The notes below the pieces were generated by a model that saw only the letters and a list, made by a program, of their open reading frames with translations, ran no database searches and was not told the DNA's origin. DNA of 32,000 nucleotides from Cylindrospermopsis raciborskii Cr2010. GTDB lineage: Bacteria; Cyanobacteriota; Cyanobacteriia; Cyanobacteriales; Nostocaceae. Position 1 is the stretch's first letter. The number at the start of each line of letters is the position of its first letter. Shown here piece after piece: positions 8,785 through 18,246 of the stretch. The translations under genes and the position numbers were made by a program. Where the stretch lies: positions 3,000,001 to 3,032,000 of the forward strand of contig NZ_CP065936.1 in assembly GCF_003367075.2 (NCBI RefSeq), given 5' to 3'.

Positions 8785-11457
8785 TTAGATTATATTAAGA
8801 GGGTCTACATCAATTGTAAGACTAACACCCGGTGGACACAGTTGAAAAATTTGTCCCCAGTCTGGTATTTGTGGTAGGATATGGGGGGTAAATTTTAATA
8901 ATATCTGCCAACGATAACGATTAGCCACCCTTAAAATACTAGCTGGAGCTGGTCCTAGTATATCCAGTCCTGGTTGATCAATGAAAGTTGTGGCAATGAG
9001 TTGGGCCGTATTCTGTACTTGTATAGGATCTAAACTGGTTAATCTCAATAAGATTAGCCTCCCACAGGGGGGATAACTTAAAGCCTCTCTTTGAGTCAAT
9101 TCAGCACGGCAAAAGGACTGGTAGTCATGGTTTTGCACCGCAGCAATCACAGCATGTTCTGGTGTGTAAGTCTGAATAATCACCCTCCCTGATTCTTCCC
9201 CCCTTCCCGCTCTCCCCGCAACCTGGGTTAAAGTTTGAAAAGCTCGTTCACTTGCTCTGTAATCTGATAAATGTAGTAGTCCATCCGCTGCTACCACCCC
9301 TACTAAGGTCACCTGGGGTAAATCTAACCCTTTTGTGAGCATCTGCGTACCTACTAATAGATCCGCTTCACCTTTAGCAAACTGATCTAATAGTTTGCGG
9401 TGGGATCCCTTATTGCGAGTAGTGTCGCTATCAAAGCGAATTACTTGCAAATCCGGAAATTGTCGATTTAGTTCCTGCACTATTTTCTGAGTCCCACTAC
9501 CAAAAAATTTCAGGTAGGGAGACCCACATTCTGGACACAGCTTAGGGTGCGATCGCCCGTAATTGCAATAATGACATTTTAATAGTTCTGGTCCCCCTGC
9601 TTCCAGATGATGATAAGCTAAGGAAACATCACAGTTAGGACACTCTAAAACATATCCACAACTGCGACAAGAAACAAATGTACTATGTCCCCGGCGGTGG
9701 ATAAATAATATTCCCTGTTGTCCTTTACCTTTTAATTCTTGTAATGCTTGTTCTAAGGTTCTACTAAACATAGAGCGATTTCCCTGTTTCAATTCTTGAC
9801 GCATATCCACAATTTCTATTGGTGGTAGAGGTCTAGAATTGATGCGTTGAGGAAGAGATAGATATTGATGATGAGTTGGAGAAGGGGGTGATGTAACATC
9901 CACCCAGGTTTCTAGGGAGGGAGTAGCTGATCCCAAAATCAGGGGGCAATTTTCCAGTTCTGCACGCCACTGGGCTACCGTGCGCGCATGATAGGTAGGA
10001 ATTCGAGAGTCTTGTTTAAAACTACTATCATGTTCTTCGTCTAAAATAATTATTCCCAATTTAGGTAAGGGAGAGAAAATGGCGCTTCTAGTTCCAATCA
10101 CAACTTGAGAGCTACCAGTAAACATTTGCCGCCAAGTGTCATAGCGCTCCCCTCGGGAAAGGTTGCTATGGTAGACCTGAACCTTATCCCCAAACCGAGC
10201 CCGAAATCTATCCGTTAGTTGGGGTGTCAATCCAATTTCCGGTACTAACACCAGAGCGGATTTTCCCTCCCGCAGCAAAGGGGCGATCGCTTGTAGATAT
10301 ACTTCTGTTTTTCCTGAACCCGTGACTCCATGTAATAAAATTTTATTAAACCCCTTTGCTGCTATAATAGTTTGTAGAGCTTGAGATTGATCCGGGGTTA
10401 GGGTTTTAGCTTGGTCCTTACCCATTTTTGGCCCTTGTTCCCTACGTAATCTTTCCCGCTCTTCAATTACCACACAACCTAGTCTTTCCAACAATCTTAA
10501 TGTGGGCGGCGTGGTCTTACAAACTTCCACACACGCTGTTAACCATAACTCCCCCCCGTGATCTGCCAAGAGGTTTAAAATTTCCCGTTGTCGTTTGGTC
10601 AAATTCAATTCTCTTCCAGGATCCACCAAAGTAACTGCTAATTGGGTATGTGGCTTTGATTGTGTGAGTTTAAAGTAACTTTCCACCCAATTTCTATCTA
10701 GTAATTGTTTTTTACCCCTGTCAAAACCCCGTACCTGACGCTTGAGATACTGAAAACTGTAGTCCCCATCAGGTTGGGACTGCAATATTTTCAGAATTTC
10801 CCGAGCAGCTTGGGAACGTAAAAATTCTTCCCCTCCTGGGGGGATATTTTCCGATTTTAGCCGCAGACGACTTTGCGATCGCTCTAATATTCCTGGTGGT
10901 AATGCCACCCGAATTACTTTAATCAAGGGTGTATAGTAATACGTAGCAATACGACCGAGTAATTCCCAATAAGTCCGAGGGAAAAATTCTTTGCTAACTA
11001 CATCTTTTACCTCCCTAACTTTTTCTAGTGGTATTCCTGGTGGTAGTTGAGATAGTAAGCGAATTGCTATTGCTCCCAATTGTTGTGTTCCCCAGGGGAC
11101 AGTTAAAATATCTCCTGGGTTAATGTTTAAGTTTTCTGGTATTTGATAGATCAATAAATCTTGATAATCTGTTTCTTCCTTAATTAATTCTTCTGCTTCC
11201 CCTCCTTCATTTAATATATCTTGTTCTAAGATTGTATCTGTCACTATCTGGTTTTCCTCTAGTGTATGAGGGGATAATTTATTTTGCGGATTTTTGTTTC
11301 TAGCAGGTTGTGAAATTTTTGGCAGATCTACCAACACCTCAATCCATGGGTAAGGGTTTGTTGTGGTTTTGTATGTTTCCTTAGGTTCGGCCGCCACAAG
11401 AGAAAATAAAGTTAATGCCCGAGATTCCTGAATATACATAATTTTCGGCTTTTTCAA
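8785..11457 (-). CDS. priA: Primosomal protein N' (replication restart helicase PriA)
   Basis: Walker A GVTGSGKTEVY, DEEHD box, Cys-rich zinc-binding insert (CRSCGYVLECPNCDVSLAYH...CHYCNY...CPECGS), C-terminal helicase motifs. The N-terminal start is uncertain (long extension). Confidence 0.9.
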   Translation of the reverse strand: MKKPKIMYIQESRALTLFSLVAAEPKETYKTTTNPYPWIEVLVDLPKISQPARNKNPQNKLSPHTLEENQIVTDTILEQDILNEGGEAEELIKEETDYQDLLIYQIPENLNINPGDILTVPWGTQQLGAIAIRLLSQLPPGIPLEKVREVKDVVSKEFFPRTYWELLGRIATYYYTPLIKVIRVALPPGILERSQSRLRLKSENIPPGGEEFLRSQAAREILKILQSQPDGDYSFQYLKRQVRGFDRGKKQLLDRNWVESYFKLTQSKPHTQLAVTLVDPGRELNLTKRQREILNLLADHGGELWLTACVEVCKTTPPTLRLLERLGCVVIEERERLRREQGPKMGKDQAKTLTPDQSQALQTIIAAKGFNKILLHGVTGSGKTEVYLQAIAPLLREGKSALVLVPEIGLTPQLTDRFRARFGDKVQVYHSNLSRGERYDTWRQMFTGSSQVVIGTRSAIFSPLPKLGIIILDEEHDSSFKQDSRIPTYHARTVAQWRAELENCPLILGSATPSLETWVDVTSPPSPTHHQYLSLPQRINSRPLPPIEIVDMRQELKQGNRSMFSRTLEQALQELKGKGQQGILFIHRRGHSTFVSCRSCGYVLECPNCDVSLAYHHLEAGGPELLKCHYCNYGRSHPKLCPECGSPYLKFFGSGTQKIVQELNRQFPDLQVIRFDSDTTRNKGSHRKLLDQFAKGEADLLVGTQMLTKGLDLPQVTLVGVVAADGLLHLSDYRASERAFQTLTQVAGRAGRGEESGRVIIQTYTPEHAVIAAVQNHDYQSFCRAELTQREALSYPPCGRLILLRLTSLDPIQVQNTAQLIATTFIDQPGLDILGPAPASILRVANRYRWQILLKFTPHILPQIPDWGQIFQLCPPGVSLTIDVDPLNII

Positions 11458-11710
11458 TGGATATGGAGTTGGATCATCTTAGGGTAAAACCCCTGGGACT
11501 ACCTATATGCCACCTTCTAGTTTACTACGGGTAAACAGTATTTGGCAATACTTTTTTCACTCATAATACTTGATAATCTCGATGATATACGGTTGAATCA
11601 CCGAATTAATTTCTACCTTAGACTCCATATCATGTTTAATAAAAATTGAATCCTCACTACATAAAAATGAGTATATTAAATATTAAATCTTCAATTTTGT
11701 TGTTTTTGAT

Positions 11711-11760
11711 CTACTTTTTATTTACTTTTTGTTTACTTTTGGTTTATCTTTTATTTACCC
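11711..11760. repeat. Phased T-tract array (about 10-11 bp period)
   Basis: CTACTTTTTA TTTACTTTTTG TTTACTTTTGG TTTATCTTTTA TTTACCC: 4-5 degenerate TTTACTTTT units in helical phase inside a ~930 bp AT-rich intergenic region. Confidence 0.6.
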
Positions 11761-12341
11761 AATAAGTAATATGGTTTTTCCACCTCTTGATAGATATGCA
11801 GGTTTTTTTTATGTGACATGCTTTGGTCAATGAATATTGTCCGGATTGGAAGTCATGATTTCTGTAATTTGGATTATTTAGTAGACTTAAATTGACTGCA
11901 TGTAAATCCTAAAAAACCACACTAAACTGATGAAAACAGATGAAACTACATGAAAATTCAACCTATAAGTATTGCAGATGGCATTGCTATTTCTGTTAAC
12001 ATTGATTATGTCCCGGGACATTTTGCGCAGAATAAAGAAGATTAGGGATATGAGTAATTTATGAGTAATTCTTTAGCGTAACCATGGTTGCCCAAGTGTC
12101 TAAACAATACAAGTCGAAACTATAGCAATCTCATATTAGCTTATCCCTTGTTACCGAATAAAAATAAGGGGAATAGGGAGCAAGAACATAAAAGTTTCGT
12201 CAATCATTGAGAGTTGCTATGGATATAAATAGGAAACAAATAAGAGTTCAGGAGCAAAAATGAGCAATTAGGAGTGAGAATTATTATTAAATGCCTAAAT
12301 GAATGATCGGATCAGAATTATTAGCTGCAAGCAGGGAAAGT

Positions 12342-12359
12342 AGCTGACCACGGTCAGCT
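12342..12359 (+). promoter_or_regulatory. 18-bp perfect palindrome / leader hairpin 31 nt upstream of the sigma-factor ORF
   Basis: AGCTGACC AC GGTCAGCT; as RNA, a 7-bp stem with a CACG loop. Either an operator-like palindrome or a 5' leader structure. Confidence 0.4.
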
Positions 12360-12389
12360 GAATACTGACAGAAAACTAACTATTATCAA

Positions 12390-13589
12390 ATGAGCAACCG
12401 TCAACTAATTATGTACCAAACAAAGCAACTATCCCGAAAGGAACCCATGAATCTTTCTGAATTGGGAAGAATGGAAATACTGGATAACGCTGTGGAACAG
12501 GAAGAACCATCACTGGATAATCTGGATAATTTAGAAGCGGTAGTATTTGAAGACTCCTCAATTTTGGAGAGTTTGGAATCAGATGAACGAGATGGGGATG
12601 AAATGGGTGCAGCTCGTCCCTCGGGATATAATAAGACAGAACATGATGATGCTGTGGGAGCCTTTTTTAAGGAAATGGCCCGTTACCCCCTACTCAAACC
12701 CGATGAGGAAGTGGAGTTAGCACGTCGAGTAAGATTCTTAGAAGAAGTTAAGGATTTACAAGCTGCTTTAGAAGAGCAACTAGGTCACAGTGTTAGTAAA
12801 AGTGAAGTAGCAAGCAAGTTTGATCTGAATGAAAAACAATTAGAAAGCCGACTGTATCAGGGAAGAGTGGCAAAGCGGAAAATGATTCGCTCTAATCTGA
12901 GATTGGTAGTATCTATTGCTAAACGATATTTAAATCGGGGAGTGCCCTTTCTAGACTTAATTCAAGAAGGAGCAATGGGGCTAAATCGTGCCACAGAGAA
13001 GTTTGATCCCGATAAGGGATATAAATTCTCCACTTATGCTTATTGGTGGATTAGGCAAGCCATTACACGGGCAATAGCTAATGATGCAAGAACTATTAGG
13101 CTACCAATTCACATTGTAGAAAAACTCAACAAGCTGAAAAAAGCTCAAAGAGAACTGAAACAGAAATTTGCGCGTAACCCAACAGAAGTAGAAATGGCGG
13201 AATTTTTGGAAATGACTGTTCAACAACTTCGTCAGTTACAACAATTGCGTCGTCAAGCACTTTCTTTAAACCATCGCGTGGGTAAGGAGGAAGATACGGA
13301 ATTAATGGACTTATTAGAAGATGAGGACAACCAATCTCCAGAAGCTAAAATGAATGAAAACATGATGCGTCAGGAGATATGGGAAGTTTTAGGTGATGTA
13401 CTTACCCCTAGGGAAAAGGACGTAATTTCCCTGCGTTATGGATTAACAACCAGTGAACCTTGCACCCTAGAAGAAGTAGGAAATATGTTTAATCTTTCTC
13501 GCGAGCGGGTGCGTCAAATTCAAAGTAAAGCCATGCGAAAATTGCGTCGTCCTCACATTGCTAAACGTTTAAAAGGTTGGCTAATTTGA
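12390..13589 (+). CDS. Group-2 sigma-70 family RNA polymerase sigma factor (tentatively SigC-like)
   Basis: Regions 1.2-4.2 present: [73 protein letters not shown]. Acidic N-terminal extension. Start codon uncertain: alternative Met 19 codons downstream of the annotated start (about 12447). Confidence 0.9.
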   Translation: MSNRQLIMYQTKQLSRKEPMNLSELGRMEILDNAVEQEEPSLDNLDNLEAVVFEDSSILESLESDERDGDEMGAARPSGYNKTEHDDAVGAFFKEMARYPLLKPDEEVELARRVRFLEEVKDLQAALEEQLGHSVSKSEVASKFDLNEKQLESRLYQGRVAKRKMIRSNLRLVVSIAKRYLNRGVPFLDLIQEGAMGLNRATEKFDPDKGYKFSTYAYWWIRQAITRAIANDARTIRLPIHIVEKLNKLKKAQRELKQKFARNPTEVEMAEFLEMTVQQLRQLQQLRRQALSLNHRVGKEEDTELMDLLEDEDNQSPEAKMNENMMRQEIWEVLGDVLTPREKDVISLRYGLTTSEPCTLEEVGNMFNLSRERVRQIQSKAMRKLRRPHIAKRLKGWLI

Positions 13590-13605
13590 TTTTAAATTCT
13601 TCCTC

Positions 13606-13626
13606 CCCCGGTTTTTATCACCGGGG
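13606..13626 (+). terminator. Intrinsic terminator after the sigma-factor gene
   Basis: CCCCGGT (13606-13612) / ACCGGGG (13620-13626), 7-nt loop, followed by ATTTAATATTT. Confidence 0.6.
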
Positions 13627-13769
13627 ATTTAATATTTAATATTTAACATAGATTCCTTAAAGAAAAACAAAAAATATATTTTGTCAAATATTCAGTTCAA
13701 CATTTACAGTTTATATTCAACTCATCAAACAGAATATTAAAAGATGAACTATGGTAGAGAGACTACAAA

Positions 13770-14102
13770 ATGAAAAAGATTATTGCCGTATTGATGTTAT
13801 CCATTGCCATCTTGACCCTTGCTTTCGGTAGTCCTGCTATAGCAGCAGATACAGCAGCTGGAGCAGCGGTATTTCAAGCTAATTGTGCCCAGTGTCATGC
13901 TGGTGGTAAAAACCTAGCTAATGCTGCTAAAACCTTGAGCAAAGCAGATCTAGAAGAGTACAATTTGTATTCCCAAGATGCTATTATTGCTCAAGTTACA
14001 AACGGTAAAAACAGTATGCCTAAGTTCAAAGGTAAATTAAGCGCTGAACAAATTGCCGATGTAGCAGCTTATGTTATGGAGCAAGCTGAAGCTGGTTGGT
14101 AA
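13770..14102 (+). CDS. petJ: Cytochrome c6 precursor
   Basis: Signal peptide ending AIA-AD, heme site [25 protein letters not shown]; near-collinear with Anabaena cytochrome c6. Confidence 0.9.
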   Translation: MKKIIAVLMLSIAILTLAFGSPAIAADTAAGAAVFQANCAQCHAGGKNLANAAKTLSKADLEEYNLYSQDAIIAQVTNGKNSMPKFKGKLSAEQIADVAAYVMEQAEAGW

Positions 14103-14136
14103 AAATCACAAACTCAACAAATAATTAGTTAATCCA

Positions 14137-14155
14137 CCCTAGCCAAAAACTAGGG
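14137..14155 (+). terminator. Possible terminator after petJ
   Basis: CCCTAG / CTAGGG 6-bp stem with CCAAAAA loop, followed by GGTTTCTGTTTG. Confidence 0.4.
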
Positions 14156-14178
14156 GGTTTCTGTTTGTCAAAAATAGC

Positions 14179-14592
14179 CTAAGTATTTGCTTTCAAAATA
14201 CTGAGGACAAAAAGATTAATAATACAAGCAGAACCAACTCCGAACATCAGGGAGCGAAGAATGGGTATATTCAGTATGTAGAAAACTGAAAAGAGAACCC
14301 GTGCTGTCACATAGGCGATCGCAGCGTATAGTGCTAATTGAGAATCTACTCCCGTCACATAGGCCATCAGAGCTGCAGGAGCATAAATCATGAAGGATTC
14401 AAAACAATTCTGATGGGCCCAGGTAGCTCTCCGTGCATATTGTGGTAACTTATCAAACATAGAACGTGGAGCGGACAAGTCATAACCCACTTTCACCCTA
14501 GCATAAGCTACTAGTAGATACGGAAGATAAATCGTGACCGCAGCGAATGGGATGGAATAGAGCAAGGTGGAAGGGACAGGAAGATTTAGCAT
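14179..14592 (-). CDS. MAPEG-family membrane protein
   Basis: 137 aa, 3-4 TM helices, with the RAHQN-like motif (TWAHQNCFESF) typical of MAPEG/microsomal GST-like proteins. Confidence 0.7.
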   Translation of the reverse strand: MLNLPVPSTLLYSIPFAAVTIYLPYLLVAYARVKVGYDLSAPRSMFDKLPQYARRATWAHQNCFESFMIYAPAALMAYVTGVDSQLALYAAIAYVTARVLFSVFYILNIPILRSLMFGVGSACIINLFVLSILKANT

Positions 14593-14757
14593 TTAGCTAG
14601 GGTAGGATAGAATAATTAATTACATAATATACATAATAGCATTACTTGATTTAGTCTAAAACTACCAAATTCTTGAGTCATTCCCCGCTGCTTGCGAGCT
14701 TGTTGAAGAAGTTTCCCCAACTACAAAGTGCATTCTTCCTCCTCTAGTATCATAGGT

Positions 14758-15576
14758 CTATAAACCGGATATATATGGATAGTTAGTGATGAATAATTCC
14801 TTGCCCTTGTCTGCTTTATTCTGTTTGTAGTTATTCATTCCGTATTGCAACTCCCACTCATAAATATGAGCAAAAGAAAAATTGTGTCGCACCTGTTCGC
14901 AATTATCGTAGGTAATTAACCATTTATGTGGGCATTCTTTCATCAGGTTAGCAAAGCGAGAATGGTCAAAACACGTATGCAAATCCCCTTTTTTACCATA
15001 AAGCCTAGATTTAGTATTGGTGAAATAAGGTGGATCTAGAAATATAAATACATCGTCTCCTGGTTCAGTCAGTAGGATACTGTAGTCATAATTGGTCACG
15101 TGGGTATTAGTAAAACAACTATCCAGTGCTGCTAACCGCTCAATAGAAGAGTCTGTAAAGCGACTGTTGAAAGAAGCATTGCTATAACCTCCGCTTTCAA
15201 TTGTCCCCGAAAAGGTAATTCGGTTAAGAACGAAAAATCGGACAGCTCGCTCCAGTGGACTCATTTTACTTGTAGGAGCTAGGGAGAGAGATTTAAACAG
15301 GGCATGTCCATCTGTTGTCTGTTTTTTTACTTTCCACACGGACTCGACTAACTGTGGTAGATTAGTTTTGACCATGGCCCAGAAGTAATATAGTTCGGGG
15401 TTGAGGTCATTGATCCAACAGGGTATATGACGGTGATTTTGCAAGACATAAAAGAATATGGAACCTCCCCCAACAAAGGGTTCGCGGAACTCTTTAAATT
15501 TAGGAGGTAGGTAGTGAGCAATTTGAGAAATTGCCTTTTGTTTACCACCAGGATAACGTAATGGGCTCTTAAGCAT
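14758..15576 (-). CDS. Dam-type (alpha-class, D12) N6-adenine DNA methyltransferase; orphan, with no adjacent endonuclease ORF
   Basis: N-terminal LRYPGGK, AdoMet motif EPFVGGGS, catalytic DPPY (FLDPPYF). No ORF of 60 aa or more on either flank that could be a cognate restriction enzyme. Confidence 0.9.
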   Translation of the reverse strand: MLKSPLRYPGGKQKAISQIAHYLPPKFKEFREPFVGGGSIFFYVLQNHRHIPCWINDLNPELYYFWAMVKTNLPQLVESVWKVKKQTTDGHALFKSLSLAPTSKMSPLERAVRFFVLNRITFSGTIESGGYSNASFNSRFTDSSIERLAALDSCFTNTHVTNYDYSILLTEPGDDVFIFLDPPYFTNTKSRLYGKKGDLHTCFDHSRFANLMKECPHKWLITYDNCEQVRHNFSFAHIYEWELQYGMNNYKQNKADKGKELFITNYPYISGL

Positions 15577-16009
15577 AATGGATTATATTTGAATGCAAGA
15601 GATTATTTTATTAGATGTAGTATGTAATCGCATATAAACTTTTTGTATTCGTTCCAGCGTTTAAGGTTAAAGATCTACCCTAGGATAGATGCGGAGGTAA
15701 CTTCTGATATATTAAAGTGCTTTTGTTTACACTTCATGCAATGATTCTGCCTAAGGCTATAAATTCCTCCCACTAAGTAGAGAGGCACAATTATTTGTAG
15801 GATGGGTTAGGGGTAGCATAACCCATGGGGGTGTTGGGTTTCATGCATCACCATTAAAAAAAGGAAATGTTATTGTGAAATATAACGTACCACAAAATCA
15901 GCGATCGCTCACTAAAAAAATCTACCTAAGCTACCGTGTTTAGATATGGTCGTAAATGCGATCGCATAAAAATTGGTCGTTAGAGTCGTTAGAGGGCTTA
16001 TTTTTGTGA

Positions 16010-16723
16010 TTAGCGTCTTGACAACAAATAAAGACTTATACCAAGTCCAAGTATATTAGGCGAGAAGATGGCAAATACTGGGACATACCTTTGAATAATT
16101 AAAGCGTTAATTATAGCTTCAAAGACCTTTATTGCTCCAATAATTAGCAACGTAAGGCTAAAGCTACTATATTTGATTTTCGGTCGCATATTGATTCCTA
16201 TTGACGACCCAAGTAGGGTGAAAATGACGCAAGATATAGGTAAGTTGAAACGATTAAATAAGGTAATTTTTAGGTTTATTATTTTGTTCATGTCTCCTAG
16301 TTTATTGGAAACTATCAATCTCTGGTAGATCTGGAGAATATTCATTTCTTTATCATCCAATTTTTCTCTATCTAGTTGAAACTGCTGACATATATTAGGC
16401 GAATCAACCACAATTTGTTCAAAAACTTGTTCCTTACCAAAAGATCCATCTTGGTTGATTGTATTTTTAACTCCATTATAAAAATGAAGACATTTACTTT
16501 CTCCATAAATTAGGGCAATTTGAGAGTTTATTATTACTTTTAATCCTTGAGAGTCTGAAATCAGTAAAGTAGGGTTAATCATCTTGTGATCGATCAGTTT
16601 TTCAGCGTAAAACAAGTATTTAATAAACTTATATTTGTTTGATAGATCACCCTTACTTGTTTGTGCCAACTCTTTATATATAATGTCATTATTATCCAAT
16701 CTCTCTCGATTTATATTCATCAC
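16010..16723 (-). pseudogene. LptF/LptG (YjgP/YjgQ) family permease, N-terminally truncated fragment
   Basis: Periplasmic-domain-like middle plus the C-terminal TM block (NLKITLFNRFNLPISCVIFTLLGSSIG...FSPNILGLGISLYLLSRR) aligns with the C-terminal ~2/3 of cyanobacterial LptF/G. The first ~130 aa (3 TM helices) are absent and no upstream ORF supplies them. Visibly more AT-rich than its neighbours. Confidence 0.55.
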
Positions 16724-16890
16724 CGACTCTAAGGCAATAGCAGCTTGATGGTTACTATATGGAACAATGAAATCACTACTAAAAAATAATATTAATACTG
16801 TTTTGTCAATAGGTTTCAGAAAAATTACGTACGTATTTTTTAAAAGTACGTTTTAATACTATTAAAATGAACCAATCAGCAAGCGATCGC

Positions 16891-16919
16891 TTGTGGCATT
16901 CGTCTACCTGTGGTATAGT
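16891..16919 (+). promoter_or_regulatory. Candidate sigma-70-type promoter for the ATPase/Toprim-like pair
   Basis: -35 TTGTGG (16891-16896), 17-nt spacer, extended -10 TGgTATAGT (16911-16919); ~100 nt upstream of the ORF. Confidence 0.35.
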
Positions 16920-17016
16920 CTATTGGCAAAAACCTATCCGAACTAGTGTGTTAAGATAAAGGTTAGAATGGGAACCTATGGGAAGCGATCGCCTGTAGAA
17001 GCCTCCCCGAACTGCT

Positions 17017-18246
17017 ATGTTGAGTTCAATAAGTACCTTAGATATGATGAATCAAAATAAAACTCCTCCTCGGATCCAATACCTTAAAATCGAAAACTTT
17101 CGGGCATTACGGAAAGTCGAGCTCAAAAACCTTACGCCCCTCACAGTCCTCCTAGGTCCCAATGGTAGCGGTAAATCTACCCTCTTTGATGTCTTTGCTT
17201 TCCTCTCTGAGTGCTTTGAACTAGGACTGCGTCGCGCCTGGGATAAACGTGGTAGAGCTAAAGAACTCAAAACTAGGGGCAGTGATGAGGCGATCGTCAT
17301 TGAGATTCAATATAAAGAACCCGACTATCCCACCATTACCTACCACCTAGCAGTGGACGAACGCAATGGCGCACCCTTTGTCAAGGAAGAATGGCTGAAA
17401 TGGCGACGAGGCAAACATGGTCAACCGTTTAATTTCCTAGACTACAAGGAGGGAAATGGAAAAGCAATCAGTGGTGAGCTACCCGATGAAAAAGACAAAC
17501 GCATTGAAATTCCTCTCAAATCCCCTGACCTGCTAGCTGTTAACGCCCTGGGTCAATTTGCTGAACATCCCCGCGTCGCCGCCCTACGAGACTTCATCAC
17601 CGGTTGGCACGTCTCCTATCTCTCCGCCGACAGTATCCGCACTCAACCTGAAGCAGGCCCCCAAGAACATCTAAACCGCAGCGGAGATAACCTTGCCAAC
17701 GTGATCCAATACTTAAATGAACAACATCGCGATCGCCTAGAAGCAATCTTTACAACTTTGCGGCGGCGAATCCCCCGCATTGAAAGGGTTTTGACTGAGT
17801 CTATGCCCGATGGTCGCCTACTCCTACAAATCAAAGATACTCCTTTTACCCACCCTATAATAGCACGCTTTGCTTCCGATGGCAGCTTAAAAATGCTGGC
17901 CTATTTGGTGCTGCTGCAAGATCCCGCTCCCCCTTCCTTTATTGGCATTGAAGAACCTGAAAACTATCTCCACCCCAGATTGCTCCCCGAACTCGCTGAG
18001 GAGTGCCAGCAGGCAACTGCTAGAACTCAAATGCTTGTCACCACCCACTCTCCCTTCTTCATCAATCAGCTTAAGCCTAAGCAAGTGCGAATTATCTATA
18101 GAGGAACTGATGGCTATACTCGAACACAACTTATTGAGGATATTCCAGGGATCAAGGAATTTATCCAACATGGAGCAAACTTAGGAGATTTGTGGATGGA
18201 GGGACATTTTGAAGTTGGCGATCCTTTAAATCAGGAGGGTATTTAA
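17017..18246 (+). CDS. ABC-type (AAA_21/AAA_15, OLD/SMC-like) ATPase
   Basis: [12 protein letters not shown] followed by Walker [10 protein letters not shown]; Walker B-like [14 protein letters not shown]; H-loop LVTTHSPFF. The true start is more likely the ATG at 17044 or 17047 (MMNQNK...). Confidence 0.85.
   Translation: MLSSISTLDMMNQNKTPPRIQYLKIENFRALRKVELKNLTPLTVLLGPNGSGKSTLFDVFAFLSECFELGLRRAWDKRGRAKELKTRGSDEAIVIEIQYKEPDYPTITYHLAVDERNGAPFVKEEWLKWRRGKHGQPFNFLDYKEGNGKAISGELPDEKDKRIEIPLKSPDLLAVNALGQFAEHPRVAALRDFITGWHVSYLSADSIRTQPEAGPQEHLNRSGDNLANVIQYLNEQHRDRLEAIFTTLRRRIPRIERVLTESMPDGRLLLQIKDTPFTHPIIARFASDGSLKMLAYLVLLQDPAPPSFIGIEEPENYLHPRLLPELAEECQQATARTQMLVTTHSPFFINQLKPKQVRIIYRGTDGYTRTQLIEDIPGIKEFIQHGANLGDLWMEGHFEVGDPLNQEGI

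Noticed and set aside
11538-11551. NtcA-type motif GTA-N8-TAC (GTATTTGGCAATAC) with a TAN3T (TAATCT) 22 nt downstream
   Set aside because: The architecture is canonical. However, the motif is expected roughly ten times by chance in 32 kb of AT-rich DNA, and it lies ~840 nt upstream of the sigma-factor ORF. It is recorded only as a possibility to test with TSS data.
15802-15826. Hairpin ATGGGTTA-N9-TAACCCAT followed by GTGTTGGGTTTCATGC, reminiscent of the GGGTT/AACCC short dispersed repeats common in Nostocales intergenic DNA
   Set aside because: There is only one copy in this window, so I cannot establish repeat-family membership without genome-wide comparison.
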